Assembly: GCF_944387805.1 (NCBI RefSeq)
Contig: NZ_CALXGI010000004.1
Span: forward strand, 20,793-84,792
Reading direction: 5' to 3'
Source: an uncultured Pseudoflavonifractor sp.
Lineage (GTDB): Bacteria > Bacillota > Clostridia > Oscillospirales > Oscillospiraceae
DNA length: 64,000 nt
Part shown: in pieces, positions 17,111 to 27,454 of the stretch
How the letters are laid out: every line of letters starts with the position of its first letter
Numbering within the stretch: the first letter of the stretch is position 1
Notes under the pieces: generated by a model
Told to the model about the DNA's origin: nothing
Seen by the model: only the letters and a program-made list of their open reading frames with translations
Databases searched by the model: none
Made by a program: the position numbers and the translations under genes

Positions 17111-18634
17111 TCAGTCCACCAGCTTGTCCAGCTCCTTGATGTGCTCGGTCTCGTTGGAGGTCTTGTGGTTGGCCTGCTTGGCGTAGAGGTTGACGGCCAC
17201 CTGGGACTTCTTGATGGGCTGCATGGTACCGGCGCCGGCCACGCAGCCGCCGGGGCAGGCCATGCCCTCCAGCAGATAGCCGGGGTATTTGCCGGCCACT
17301 GCGTCCTTCATCATCTTGTAGCACTCCCGCAGGCCCTCGGCCTTGGCCACCTTGAGCTCCCGGTCGGGGTAGCGCGCCTTGATGACGTCCACCACGGCCT
17401 GGGCCACGCCGCCGGACACGGCGAAGTTGCGGCCGTCAGTGGAGGCGTCGTTGACGCCGGTGGGGTCCTCCTCAATGGTGGCCAGGTCCACGTGCTTGGC
17501 GTCGAAAATGCCGGCCATCTCCTCAAAGGTGAGGACAAAGTCCACCTCGCTGCGCACGCTCTTGCGCATGGCCTCCAGCTTCTTGGCGGCGCAGGGCCCG
17601 ATGAACACCACTTTGCCGTTGGGATGATTGTGCTTGATAAGGCGGGCGGTCAGAGTCATGGGGGTCAGGGCCATGGAGATGCAGTTGGCGTGGTCGGGGA
17701 AGCTCTTTTTGGCCATGACGGACCAGGCGGGGCAGCAGGAGGTGCCCATGAAGGGCAGCTCCTCGGGGACCTCCCGGATAAAATCCTCGGCCTCCTGGGT
17801 GGCGCACAGATCGGCGCCGATGGCTACCTCAAAGATATCGGCAAAGCCCAGCTGCTTCATGGCGGCGCGGAGCTTGCCGGGGGTGACCTTGGGGCCAAAC
17901 TGGCCCACAAAGGCGGGGGCTACGGCGGCGTACACCCGCTCGCCGGACTGGATGGCCCGGATGACCTGGAAAATCTGAGACTTGTCGGCGATGGCGCCAA
18001 AGGGGCAGTTCACCAGGCACATGCCGCAGGAGACGCACTTTTCGTAATCAATCTCCGCCTTGCCGTTGGCGTCGCTGTGAATGGCGCCCACGCCGCAGGC
18101 CACGGCGCAGGGCCGCTCCTGGATGATGATGGCCTTGTAGGAGCACACGTCGGCGCAGCGGCCGCACTTGATGCACTTGTCCTGGTCGATGTGGGAGCGG
18201 CCGTTGTAGCGGTCCAGCTTGATGGCGTCCTTGGGACAGACCTCCTCGCAGGGGTGAGCCAGGCAGCCCTGGCAGCCTTCAGTGACCAGCACCTTCTTCT
18301 CGGCGCAGCCGTTGCAGGCGAACTTGATAACATTGATCAGGGGCGGAGTGTAGTAGGTCTCGTCCCGGTCGGCGGCCTCGATATTGTCGGACAGGGGGGC
18401 GTGCTCCGCCGCGCTGCGGCAGGGCAGACCCATGGCCAGCCGCAGACGCTCGCCTACGATGGCCCGCTCCAGGAACACGTCGTTGCGGAAATTGCCCACC
18501 TCGCCGGGAATAATTTTATAGGGAAGCTCCTCAATGCGCTTGTCCACCGGCCACTCGGTGTGGTAGGCCATGCGGGCCACCTCGCGGAAGATTCTGTGCC
18601 GGATCTCCTGAATACGCGTTTCAACGCCTCTCAT
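17111..18634 (-). CDS. Monomeric [FeFe]-hydrogenase with 4Fe-4S ferredoxin domains (group B-like)
   Basis: H-cluster motifs TSCCPAW, GPCAAKKLEA, EGMACPGGCVAG; several CxxCxxCxxxC motifs. Confidence 0.92.
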   Translation of the reverse strand: MRGVETRIQEIRHRIFREVARMAYHTEWPVDKRIEELPYKIIPGEVGNFRNDVFLERAIVGERLRLAMGLPCRSAAEHAPLSDNIEAADRDETYYTPPLINVIKFACNGCAEKKVLVTEGCQGCLAHPCEEVCPKDAIKLDRYNGRSHIDQDKCIKCGRCADVCSYKAIIIQERPCAVACGVGAIHSDANGKAEIDYEKCVSCGMCLVNCPFGAIADKSQIFQVIRAIQSGERVYAAVAPAFVGQFGPKVTPGKLRAAMKQLGFADIFEVAIGADLCATQEAEDFIREVPEELPFMGTSCCPAWSVMAKKSFPDHANCISMALTPMTLTARLIKHNHPNGKVVFIGPCAAKKLEAMRKSVRSEVDFVLTFEEMAGIFDAKHVDLATIEEDPTGVNDASTDGRNFAVSGGVAQAVVDVIKARYPDRELKVAKAEGLRECYKMMKDAVAGKYPGYLLEGMACPGGCVAGAGTMQPIKKSQVAVNLYAKQANHKTSNETEHIKELDKLVD

Positions 18635-18908
18635 ACTGTTTTAGATCCCCCTTGTGTTTCTTCGGTGTTGCAGATAGAACCGATTTTGCCCGCTAAAACT
18701 GCGGGATTCTTCTTACAGTGAAAGAATACCGCAAATATCCCCGCTTGTAAATCATCAGGAGCAAATTAAATGTGATTTTTACATTAGAGAAGAAAAAGAA
18801 GACTATAATGGCCGGCTTTCGTGTACGTTTCACAGGACAGAGGAAAAGGAGATCCTTGCAAATGACCCGCTGAGCGCTTATCATGGAGAAAAAAGGAGGA
18901 CGAATCGT

Positions 18909-19370
18909 ATGAGACGAAAAGACCGGGAACGGGGGACAGAATTTATCCACCAGGTGATGGACCGCTGTGCATACATGGTGCTGTCCATGACAGGAGTGGA
19001 CGGCCTGCCCTACTGCGTGCCTCTGACGCCGGTGCGCAGCGGGGAGAACATCTACTTCCACTGCGCCCTGGAGGGGGAAAAGGTGGACGCCCTGCGTGCC
19101 AACCCCAAGGTGGCGATGGCCTTTGTGGAGGAGGCGGAGACAGTGCCCCGGAAGTTCACCGCCCAGTACTCCTCCGTGCTGGCCCGGGGTACGGCCAATG
19201 AGGTGACGGACGAGGCGGAGAAGCGGGAGGCTCTGCGGCTGCTGTGCCTGCGGCACTGCCCGGCGGACATGGACCGGTTTGACGAGGCGGCGCGGGCCTG
19301 GATGCCCCGCACTGCGGTGTGGAAGGTCCGCATCGACACAGCCACCGGAAAGGAAAATTCCGGAGACTGA
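18909..19370 (+). CDS. Pyridoxamine 5'-phosphate oxidase-like (NimA-type) flavin-binding protein
   Basis: PYCVPL...IYFHCALEGEKVDALRANPKV...YSSVLARG. Confidence 0.88.
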   Translation: MRRKDRERGTEFIHQVMDRCAYMVLSMTGVDGLPYCVPLTPVRSGENIYFHCALEGEKVDALRANPKVAMAFVEEAETVPRKFTAQYSSVLARGTANEVTDEAEKREALRLLCLRHCPADMDRFDEAARAWMPRTAVWKVRIDTATGKENSGD

Positions 19371-19512
19371 AAGAGCGCTGCCGGGCCAACAGCGTGCAAT
19401 AATACCAACGAACACAAGGAAGTGCCTTGACCTGTCCCCGCAGTCTGTGCTAGTGTGAACGTAAAGTCCTGCCCGGTGCAGGCTGGAAAAACGGACGATG
19501 GGGAGGATTGTC

Positions 19513-21120
19513 ATGGCGACGGTTACTGTCATACGGGGCGGGGAGGTCCGCCGGATTCACGGGGAGCGGGGGGAGTCCCTGCTCAGCGCCCTTCAGCGGG
19601 CGGGCCTGCGGGAGCCGGACGCCCCCTGCGGCGGAAACGGGACCTGCGGTAAGTGCCTGGTGGAGGCGGAGGGCGCCCTCTCAGAGCCCGGCGCCCACGA
19701 GCTGGAAAAGCGGGGGGCGGGAGAGCGCCGCCGTCTGGCCTGCTCCGCCAAAATCCTGGGGGACTGCACGGTGCGCCTGCCTGTGAGCGGCAGCGACGCG
19801 GTCATTGCCAGCGAGGGCTTTGACGGGGCGGACTTTCCCCTCAAGCCCTGTGTGCCCCTTCCGTCCGGCGGCGGAGTGGGCGCGGCGGTGGATATCGGCA
19901 CCACCACTGTGGTGGCCTATCTCTACGATTTGAAGGATGGCCGGCGGCTGGGCGTAGCCAGCGGTATGAACGCCCAGCGGGTGTTCGGCGCCGACGTAAT
20001 CTCCCGTGTCAACCACGCAAACACGGCGCCTGGCGGGCTGGAGCAGATGACCGGGGCTGTCCGGGAGCAGCTCTCCGGCATGCTGCGGCAGCTGTGCGCC
20101 GGCGCGGGCAGGACACTGGAGGAAGTGCGGGATATCTCTGTGGCTGGAAACACTATCATGGAACACATTTTTGCAGGCCTCTCCCCGGCGTCCATTGCGG
20201 TGGCGCCCTTCCGGCCCCTCTCCCTCTTTGGGGACAGCCGTCCTGCGGCGGAGGTGGGCCTGCCCGCCCCCAACGCCCAGGTCTATCTGGCCCCCTGTGT
20301 GGCGGGCTATGTGGGCGGCGACATTACAGCCGGACTGCTCTCCTCTGGAGCCTACCGGGCGGAGCGGCGGGTGCTGTTTCTGGATATCGGCACCAACGGG
20401 GAGATGGCCCTGGGGGACCGGAACGGTTTTACCTGCTGCGCCACCGCCGCCGGGCCCGCCTTTGAGGGGGCGGAGATCGTGTGCGGCATGTCGGGCGTTA
20501 CCGGGGCCATCAGCCAGGTCCGGCTGGAGAAGGGGGCGCTGCGGTGTACCGTCATCGGCGGCGGCCAAGCCAAGGGCATCTGCGGCTCCGGCCTGGTGGA
20601 CGCGCTGGCCGTACTGCTGAAGCTGGGCGCGGTGGACGAGACAGGCCGCCTGCTTCCGCCCGACGAGGCCCCGCAAGAGACCCGGCCCTGGCTGGAGGAG
20701 GCGGAAGAGGAGGGCTGCGTGTTCTGGCTGGACCGGACGGCAGGCGTGCGCATCACTGCGGGCGACGTGCGCAAGCTGCAGCTGGCCAAGGCGGCGGTGG
20801 CCGCGGGCATCCAGACCCTGCTGGAAGCGGCGGGGACCGGTGCAGATGGAGTGTCGGCTATGTATCTGGCCGGCGGCTTTGGCAGCTATCTGGACAAGGA
20901 GAGCGCCGCGGCCATTGGGCTGTTCCCGGCCCGGCTGCTGCCGGTGCTGCGCAGCGTGGGCAACAGCGCCGGGGCAGGTGCGGCGGAGGCGCTGCTCTCC
21001 GCCCCGGCCAGAGAGGAGCTGACGGCGGTGCGGGACCGCTGCGGCTATCTGGAGCTCTCCTCCCACCCCGCCTTTACCGGGCATTACATTGACTGCATGT
21101 CCTTTGAGGAGCAGGAGTAA
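19513..21120 (+). CDS. ASKHA-domain protein with N-terminal 2Fe-2S (RACo/RamA-type reductive activator of corrinoid proteins, DUF4445)
   Basis: CGGNGTCGKC...RLAC, DIGTTT, GADVISR, YVGGDI, DIGTNGE, AGPAFEG, GICGSG, LAGGFG. Confidence 0.92.
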   Translation: MATVTVIRGGEVRRIHGERGESLLSALQRAGLREPDAPCGGNGTCGKCLVEAEGALSEPGAHELEKRGAGERRRLACSAKILGDCTVRLPVSGSDAVIASEGFDGADFPLKPCVPLPSGGGVGAAVDIGTTTVVAYLYDLKDGRRLGVASGMNAQRVFGADVISRVNHANTAPGGLEQMTGAVREQLSGMLRQLCAGAGRTLEEVRDISVAGNTIMEHIFAGLSPASIAVAPFRPLSLFGDSRPAAEVGLPAPNAQVYLAPCVAGYVGGDITAGLLSSGAYRAERRVLFLDIGTNGEMALGDRNGFTCCATAAGPAFEGAEIVCGMSGVTGAISQVRLEKGALRCTVIGGGQAKGICGSGLVDALAVLLKLGAVDETGRLLPPDEAPQETRPWLEEAEEEGCVFWLDRTAGVRITAGDVRKLQLAKAAVAAGIQTLLEAAGTGADGVSAMYLAGGFGSYLDKESAAAIGLFPARLLPVLRSVGNSAGAGAAEALLSAPAREELTAVRDRCGYLELSSHPAFTGHYIDCMSFEEQE

Positions 21121-21154
21121 TCTGTCCCAAAGCGGAGAATAACAAAAATTACCT

Positions 21155-21202
21155 GAAAAGAACCGCCTCCTTTGGATCAAACTAGGTCCAAAGGGGGCGG
21201 TT
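21155..21202 (+). promoter_or_regulatory. Terminator-like hairpin overlapping a predicted sigG promoter (GAAAA-N18-CAAACTA) and the ypeB RBS
   Basis: Stem 21161-21176/21187-21202; the -10-like element 21178-21184 lies in the loop. Confidence 0.4.
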
Positions 21203-21205
21203 TTT

Positions 21206-22582
21206 ATGACCAGGGAGTTTTTCCGCAGCCGGCGGGCAAAGACGCTGATAATCAGTTTTACGGCGGCAGCCTTTGCGGTGACTGGCGGCGCGGCGCTCAG
21301 AAGCCACGCCAGAGCAGAGACCTACCGGAACATTGTCAACAACACATACCAGCACGCCTTTGCCGAGCTGACCACTGCAGTGGCGGAGATGGACGCGGCG
21401 CTGCAAAAGACCGCCTATGTCACGTCCCAGCCCCTGCTGGCGCAGCTGTGCACAGAGCTGTTCGGCCGGGCCATGTCGGCCCAGATGGCCGTAGGCGAGC
21501 TGCCCTACGGCAATGTGGAGCTGGCCCAGACCGCGTCCTTTGCCGCCAAGGTGGGGGACTATGCCGCGGCCCTGTCCAAGAGCACGGCGTCGGGAGGCGG
21601 GACCACAGAGGAGGAGAAGGAAAACCTGCGGGCCCTGGCCGCCGCCTCGGGGCAGCTATCCCAGATGCTCCAGGACCTGCAGGCCGGCATCCACGGCGGG
21701 ACCATTACCCTGGAGGACCTGGAGCAGGCACAGGCCCGGCTGGCCCAGTCCCAGGAGACCACGGAGGACACGGCGGGGAGTACCTTTCAAAACATGGAGG
21801 CCGACTTCCCTGAGGTGCCCACCCTTATCTACGACGGTCCTTTCTCCGAGCACCTCTCCACCCAGCAGCAGCCCAAGGCCCTGGAAGGGATGGAGGAGGT
21901 GACCCAGGAGGAGGCCCAGGCCGCGGCAGCGGAGTTCATGGGCCTGAAGCCGGAGATTTTCACGTCAGTAGCCACCGGCGAGGGGGCCATCCCCTACTGG
22001 AGCTTCTCCGCCGTGGTGGACGGAGGCGAGGTGTATATCGAGGTGTCCCGCCAGGGCGGAAAGGTGACCGAGCTGATGAACGCCCGGCCGGTGGGAGAGG
22101 CCGCCCTCACGGCGGAGGAGGGGGTGGAGGCAGCCCGGGCATTCCTGGCCGCACAGGGTTACGGGGATATGGAGCCCAGCTACTATATCAGCCAGGACAA
22201 TATTCTCACCGTCAATTTTGCCGCCCGGCAGGGGGATGTGCTGTGCTATCCAGACCTTGTCAAAGTGGCGGTGGCGCTGGACAGCGGCAGCATTGTGGGA
22301 TTTGAGGCCGAGGGCTACCTGATGAACCATACCCAGAGGGGATTGGAGACGCCGGCCGTCTCCGAGGAAGCGGCCCGGGCGGTGCTGGACCCGGCGCTGG
22401 ACTGCCTGTCCCATCAGCTGGCCATTATCCCCACCAGCGGCAAATACGAGGTGCTCTGCCATGAGTTTAAGTGCCGGACAGAGGACGGGCGGCACTATAT
22501 TGTCTATGTAAACGCCCAGACCGGAAACGAGGAAAAGATTCTGCTTCTCATTGAAGATGAGAGCGGAACGCTGACCATATAG
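21206..22582 (+). CDS. ypeB: Germination protein YpeB (PepSY domains)
   Basis: N-terminal TM, NTYQHAF, PTLIYDGPFSEH, YPDLVKVAVALD.G.IVGFEAEGY, YVNAQTGNEE. Confidence 0.92.
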   Translation: MTREFFRSRRAKTLIISFTAAAFAVTGGAALRSHARAETYRNIVNNTYQHAFAELTTAVAEMDAALQKTAYVTSQPLLAQLCTELFGRAMSAQMAVGELPYGNVELAQTASFAAKVGDYAAALSKSTASGGGTTEEEKENLRALAAASGQLSQMLQDLQAGIHGGTITLEDLEQAQARLAQSQETTEDTAGSTFQNMEADFPEVPTLIYDGPFSEHLSTQQQPKALEGMEEVTQEEAQAAAAEFMGLKPEIFTSVATGEGAIPYWSFSAVVDGGEVYIEVSRQGGKVTELMNARPVGEAALTAEEGVEAARAFLAAQGYGDMEPSYYISQDNILTVNFAARQGDVLCYPDLVKVAVALDSGSIVGFEAEGYLMNHTQRGLETPAVSEEAARAVLDPALDCLSHQLAIIPTSGKYEVLCHEFKCRTEDGRHYIVYVNAQTGNEEKILLLIEDESGTLTI

Positions 22583-22928
22583 CGTACCGCGCCTGACGCC
22601 CATCCGGAGACCTTCTTCTCTCCGGATGGGCGCGCATTTGCCTCCGTACGCCGGAGCTCGTGATGAGATATACCAATTTTTGATAAAAACCGAGAAAAAC
22701 GGAATAAAGATAAAAAATTGAGAACATGATTTCAGAGAAACGCGGAAAGTCACTTGAAGGAAATACGGAAGCATGGTAAAATAAAAATCAATAATTCGGA
22801 AAAAGAATATTTTTCAGACGCAAGAATCTGCATCTCGCTGCGGAGGGGAGAAGCAGATCGGGGACGGCGTCTGTCGGCATGGTCGGGAAAGAGGCCAGGA
22901 TTACGGCGGAAGAGCTTGAGAGGTTGCA

Positions 22929-25900
22929 ATGAGCATGGAATTGGACAGGCAGTATGTGGTGGAGACATACCGCAGCATCTTGGACTTTTTGAGCGAGAGC
23001 TCCAACGACTACTTCTATTTCTTTGACTTTAAGACAGACCGCCTCTATTTTTCCAGGAATATCTGCAAGAATTATGACCTGATGGAGGATGGAAGGGAGT
23101 ATATCTCCGGCCGGGAGTGGCTTGAGAAGGTATACACCTGGGATCTGCCCGTTATGCAGGAGGCATACAGACGGCTGTACAGCGGTGAGGATCGGGTGCA
23201 CCGGCTGGAGTACCGCATTATCAACCGCAGGGGAGACGTGGTGTGGATTAGCAGCCGCGGCAAGAGCCAGATAGATTCCAACGGGAAGCCCGTCTGGGCC
23301 TTTGGCTGCATCTCTGAGGACGCCATGGACGGCAAGGCGGACAGCTTCACGGGCGCGCTGAATATGCACCGGCTCAGGCAGGAGTGCGGACAGCTGCTGG
23401 CGGAGGAGCAGGACGGTTTTCTGCTGCTGGTTGGGGTGGACGACCTGAAGTCCATCAATCTGAAAATGGGGCGGGAGCATGGCAACAAGGTGCTGCAGCA
23501 TGTGGCCGCGGCGCTGAAGCGGGCGGTGGACGGGGCGCGGCAGATCTACCGGACCAATGGGGACTGCTTTGCGGTCAATCTGCCGAAGGCGGATGCCGGG
23601 CAGGCAGAAGCCGTATTCTCCTGCGCCCAGAAGCTGCTGGCCGGGGAATGTACTCTGTCCGGCGGCTGCGTGCCCTACCGGGAGTACATGGTGCCCGACG
23701 CCGAGACCCTCTATCAGTATGCTGAAAACACCCTGGACCACGCCAAGGCCCGGGGGAAAAACCGGCTGCTGTTTTTCTCTGCCGACGACTATGAGCGGGA
23801 GATTGCCACCCTGGAGCTGAAGGAAGAACTGCTCAACAGTGTCCGGGCCGGGTTCCAGGGCTTCTCCCTGGTCTACCAGCCTCAGGTGTTCTCCGCGACT
23901 TATGGAATTTATGGCGCGGAGGTACTGCTGCGGTATACCTCTCCCAGGCGGGGCAGCGTGCCCCCGTCGGAGTTTGTGCCCATTCTGGAGCAGAGCAAGC
24001 TGATCTGCCCTGTGGGCATCTGGGTTCTGGACACCGCTCTGAAGCAGTGCAGGGTGTGGCGCAGACAGGCGCCTGATTTCCACATGAGCGTCAACGTGTC
24101 CTACACCCAGCTGTGTGAGGAGAATATCGTCCAGAAGGTGTTGGACGCGGTGAACCGGAGCGGCCTGCCAGGCAGCGCGGTGACGCTGGAGATTACCGAG
24201 AGCATGCAGCTGCTGGACTATCCGCATATCAACGACCTGTTTCTCCAGTGGAAGAAGCACGGCATAGAGATTTCCGTGGACGATTTCGGCACCGGCTACT
24301 CCAGCCTGGGGCGGCTGAAGGAACTGGAAATTGACGAGATCAAGATTGACCGGTGCTTTGTCAACAACATTCAGCACAGCGCCTACAATTATCGCCTGCT
24401 GGGCAACATGCTGGAACTGGCCGACAGCTGCCAGATTCGGGTGTGCTGCGAGGGCGTGGAGACGGAAGAGGAGCTGGCGGCGCTGGAGGAGCTCCATCCC
24501 GCGCTGCTCCAGGGCTTTCTGTTCTCGCGGCCCTGTACCGCCCGGGAGCTGGAGGAGCGATACTTCCGGACAGAGAGCCCGGACTACATGGAACGGGTGG
24601 AAAGGGAGCGGAACTACCTGAGCCAGATCCATGCGGCGGAGATTGACGCCGCGGTAGACTGGCCGGAGGATGAGATGGCCGCCGCCATTATGGAGGCGGA
24701 AAATGATATCTTCTATGTCAGCGACATGGATACCTATGAGCTCTACTATGTCAGTCCGGCGGGGCGGCGGCTCATGGGACTGCGGGACTACCGGGGCCGA
24801 AAGTGCTATAAGGTCCTCCAGGGCCTGGATGAGCCCTGCTCCTTCTGCACCAACGCCAAGCTGAAGCAGGACAAATTTTATATCTGGGACAGGGAGAACG
24901 AGTACTGCGGGCGGCACTTTCTGCTCAAGGACAAGATGATCACCCACCGGGGGAAACGGCTGCGGATGGAGGTGGCGCTGGATATTACCAAGCATGAGAT
25001 TGTCAGCCGCAGCACGCAGGAGCGGCTGATTTTCGCCCAGAAGATTGCCGGATACACCAGGACCCTTGCGGAGAATGCCGACTACGGAGAGGCGATCAGC
25101 CGGGTTCTGGCCTCAGTGGGTGATTTCTACCAGGCGGACCGGGCCTATCTCTTTGAGCCCAGCCCGCGGCGGGAGGGATATTGGGACAACACCTTTGAGT
25201 GGTGCGCGCCCAACGTGGAGGCCCAGGCACAGAATCTGCAGGAAGTGCCGCCGCAGGCCGTGGCGCGGTGGATGGAGCTCTTTGACCGGGGGCGTTCCGT
25301 GGTCATTCTCAATCTGGATGCCCTGCGCCGGGAGAACCCGGAGGAATGGCAGATTCTGGACGCACAGAGGATTGCACGGCTGATTGCGGTGCCGCTTCGG
25401 GACGGCGGCCGTACCATCGGGTTTATCGGCGTGGACAATCCCCGCTATGCGATCCAGGATGACACACAGGTTTGGGTGCTGTCCAGCTTTCTGGTCAACC
25501 GCATCCGGCAGGAGCGGAATGAGAAGCGGTACCGGGAGCTGCTTCGGGCCAACTACCATGACGTCTTTGAGATGCTGGGCCTGGGCCTGTGGATTATCCG
25601 TCTTGACCGGGAGAAGGGCCGCCATGAAATGGTGGCCAGCGACGCGATGCTCCACATTCTGGGCGTCTCCGGCGTGCCCAGCGCCGAGGAGTGCTACCAG
25701 TTCTGGTACGGCAGGGTCAACGACGGCTACCGGCGCTATGTGGACGAGTCAATGCAGACGATGATCCGATCGAAGCGGCCCGTTCAGATGGAGTACAGCT
25801 GGCGGCACCCCCGGCGGGGGAATGTGCTGGTGCGCTGCACCGGCATGCGCTTCCAGGACGAGAACGGCATGCTCTGCCTGAAGGGGTATCACCGCATTGT

Positions 25901-27191
25901 TAACGACATGGAGCGGCCCAATCTGGTGCCGGAGGCCTGCGTGCGGGACATCTTCGAGTACAACGCGGCGGAAAAGACCATGTTCTTCCACACGGAGCGC
26001 ACGCTGCTGCTGGGAGAGGAGGCCCGCGAGTCTGACTTCCCCCAGTGCTGGATTGACAGTGAAATTGTCCATCCCCATTTTGTAGCGCAATTCCGCAGCG
26101 CCTTCCCGGGGCTGCACGGAGGAGCGGGGAAGGCGCGCCGGGAGCTGCTGCTCAAATCCAAGAGCGGGACATATGAGTGGTTCAAGCTGACAACCCAGCG
26201 GCTGGACCGGGAGGAGCAGGGACAGGAGGCGGTCATCGCCGTGCTGGAGCCCATCGGCGCGGACCGGGGCATGGAGCTGGAGTACATGCGGATGCGCAAA
26301 CTCTACCACACGCTGCTGTCCGAGGCCATCGCCTATGCGGAGGTGGACCTGGAGAGCGGACAGATTAAGTCCGTGGGCGGGCTGTGGCAGGCCTACAAAC
26401 AGGACTACCGCCAGAGCTCCCGGCACTTCATTGAGGTACTGGAACAGCAGCTGTCCCATATAATCTCTGACGAGGAGCTGGAGCGGCTCAGACGATACCG
26501 GGACCCGGCTGCGTGGAAAGAGATGCTGGCGCGGGGGGAGACCAGCAGCCGGTTCTGCTACCGCCGGCCGGTGGGAGACGCCCTCCACTGGGTGGAGCTG
26601 ACTACCTACCTGTTCCGGGAGGATATCACCCACAATATGTACACCCTTATTTATCTGAAGGATATCAACGCGGAGAAGGAGCGGGAGTTTGCCCAGGCCA
26701 AGGCGGCCGACCGGGACCCGCTGACCGGCCTGTACAACCGCACCGCTTTCGAGCGGGAGGTGGTCCGGTGCGTGAGCGAGTGCAATCGGTCCCCCTGCGG
26801 CGTGCTGCTGATATTAGACATTGACAACTTCAAGCAGATCAACGATAAGATGGGGCATCTGGAGGGGGACAAGGCGCTCCAGACCGTGGCCCGGGCGCTG
26901 ACCGCCACCTTCCGGCACGAGGATATTGTGGGGCGTCTGGGCGGCGACGAGTTCCTGGTCTTTATCAGGGGAGCCCTCCGGAGGGAGCAGCTGGAACGGC
27001 GTCTGGAGAGCCTGATGGCCAGCCTGGAGCAGACGGCGGGCCCCATACTGACAGGCAGTGTGGGCCTGACCTATGTCTCCTGCCTGGACTTCGACTATGA
27101 CGGCTATCTGAAACGGGCCGACCTGGCGCTGTACAAGAGCAAGCGGCAGGGAAAGAACCGGTTCCAATTCTATGAGGATGCAGACAGCTGA
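22929..27191 (+). CDS. Large c-di-GMP enzyme: PAS-GGDEF(degenerate)-EAL-PAS-GAF-PAS-like-GGDEF
   Basis: First GGDEF site reads RTNGDCF; EAL region AEVLLR and DDFGTGYSSL; GAF segment LIAVPL..IGFIGVDN; terminal RHED-N5-GGDEF. Confidence 0.9.
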   Translation: MSMELDRQYVVETYRSILDFLSESSNDYFYFFDFKTDRLYFSRNICKNYDLMEDGREYISGREWLEKVYTWDLPVMQEAYRRLYSGEDRVHRLEYRIINRRGDVVWISSRGKSQIDSNGKPVWAFGCISEDAMDGKADSFTGALNMHRLRQECGQLLAEEQDGFLLLVGVDDLKSINLKMGREHGNKVLQHVAAALKRAVDGARQIYRTNGDCFAVNLPKADAGQAEAVFSCAQKLLAGECTLSGGCVPYREYMVPDAETLYQYAENTLDHAKARGKNRLLFFSADDYEREIATLELKEELLNSVRAGFQGFSLVYQPQVFSATYGIYGAEVLLRYTSPRRGSVPPSEFVPILEQSKLICPVGIWVLDTALKQCRVWRRQAPDFHMSVNVSYTQLCEENIVQKVLDAVNRSGLPGSAVTLEITESMQLLDYPHINDLFLQWKKHGIEISVDDFGTGYSSLGRLKELEIDEIKIDRCFVNNIQHSAYNYRLLGNMLELADSCQIRVCCEGVETEEELAALEELHPALLQGFLFSRPCTARELEERYFRTESPDYMERVERERNYLSQIHAAEIDAAVDWPEDEMAAAIMEAENDIFYVSDMDTYELYYVSPAGRRLMGLRDYRGRKCYKVLQGLDEPCSFCTNAKLKQDKFYIWDRENEYCGRHFLLKDKMITHRGKRLRMEVALDITKHEIVSRSTQERLIFAQKIAGYTRTLAENADYGEAISRVLASVGDFYQADRAYLFEPSPRREGYWDNTFEWCAPNVEAQAQNLQEVPPQAVARWMELFDRGRSVVILNLDALRRENPEEWQILDAQRIARLIAVPLRDGGRTIGFIGVDNPRYAIQDDTQVWVLSSFLVNRIRQERNEKRYRELLRANYHDVFEMLGLGLWIIRLDREKGRHEMVASDAMLHILGVSGVPSAEECYQFWYGRVNDGYRRYVDESMQTMIRSKRPVQMEYSWRHPRRGNVLVRCTGMRFQDENGMLCLKGYHRIVNDMERPNLVPEACVRDIFEYNAAEKTMFFHTERTLLLGEEARESDFPQCWIDSEIVHPHFVAQFRSAFPGLHGGAGKARRELLLKSKSGTYEWFKLTTQRLDREEQGQEAVIAVLEPIGADRGMELEYMRMRKLYHTLLSEAIAYAEVDLESGQIKSVGGLWQAYKQDYRQSSRHFIEVLEQQLSHIISDEELERLRRYRDPAAWKEMLARGETSSRFCYRRPVGDALHWVELTTYLFREDITHNMYTLIYLKDINAEKEREFAQAKAADRDPLTGLYNRTAFEREVVRCVSECNRSPCGVLLILDIDNFKQINDKMGHLEGDKALQTVARALTATFRHEDIVGRLGGDEFLVFIRGALRREQLERRLESLMASLEQTAGPILTGSVGLTYVSCLDFDYDGYLKRADLALYKSKRQGKNRFQFYEDADS

Positions 27192-27454
27192 AACGAAAAA
27201 TACGGCAGCCCGCTGCGGCGCACAGTATGCGCGGTGCAGCGGGCTGCCGCTTTTTCCAGGGGCTCTGAACCGGACAAAGAGAGTCCGGCGGGCCGTCAGG
27301 ACTCACAGAGCGTATCCGCCCGAATGTGAAGATAACCTTAACAAATGCTAAGAGAGCCTATATGGATTTTACACAATTCAGGGCTATAATGTGGGAGCAC
27401 TGGCCCCCAGGCAGGGGGACGACAAAATGAATTAGTTTGAAAGGAAAGTCTGAT

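Noticed and set aside
18760-18785. AATGTGATTTTTACATT palindrome upstream of the hydrogenase as a Rex or Crp site
   Set aside because: Spacing fits neither the 18-bp Rex nor the 16-bp Crp/Fnr consensus.
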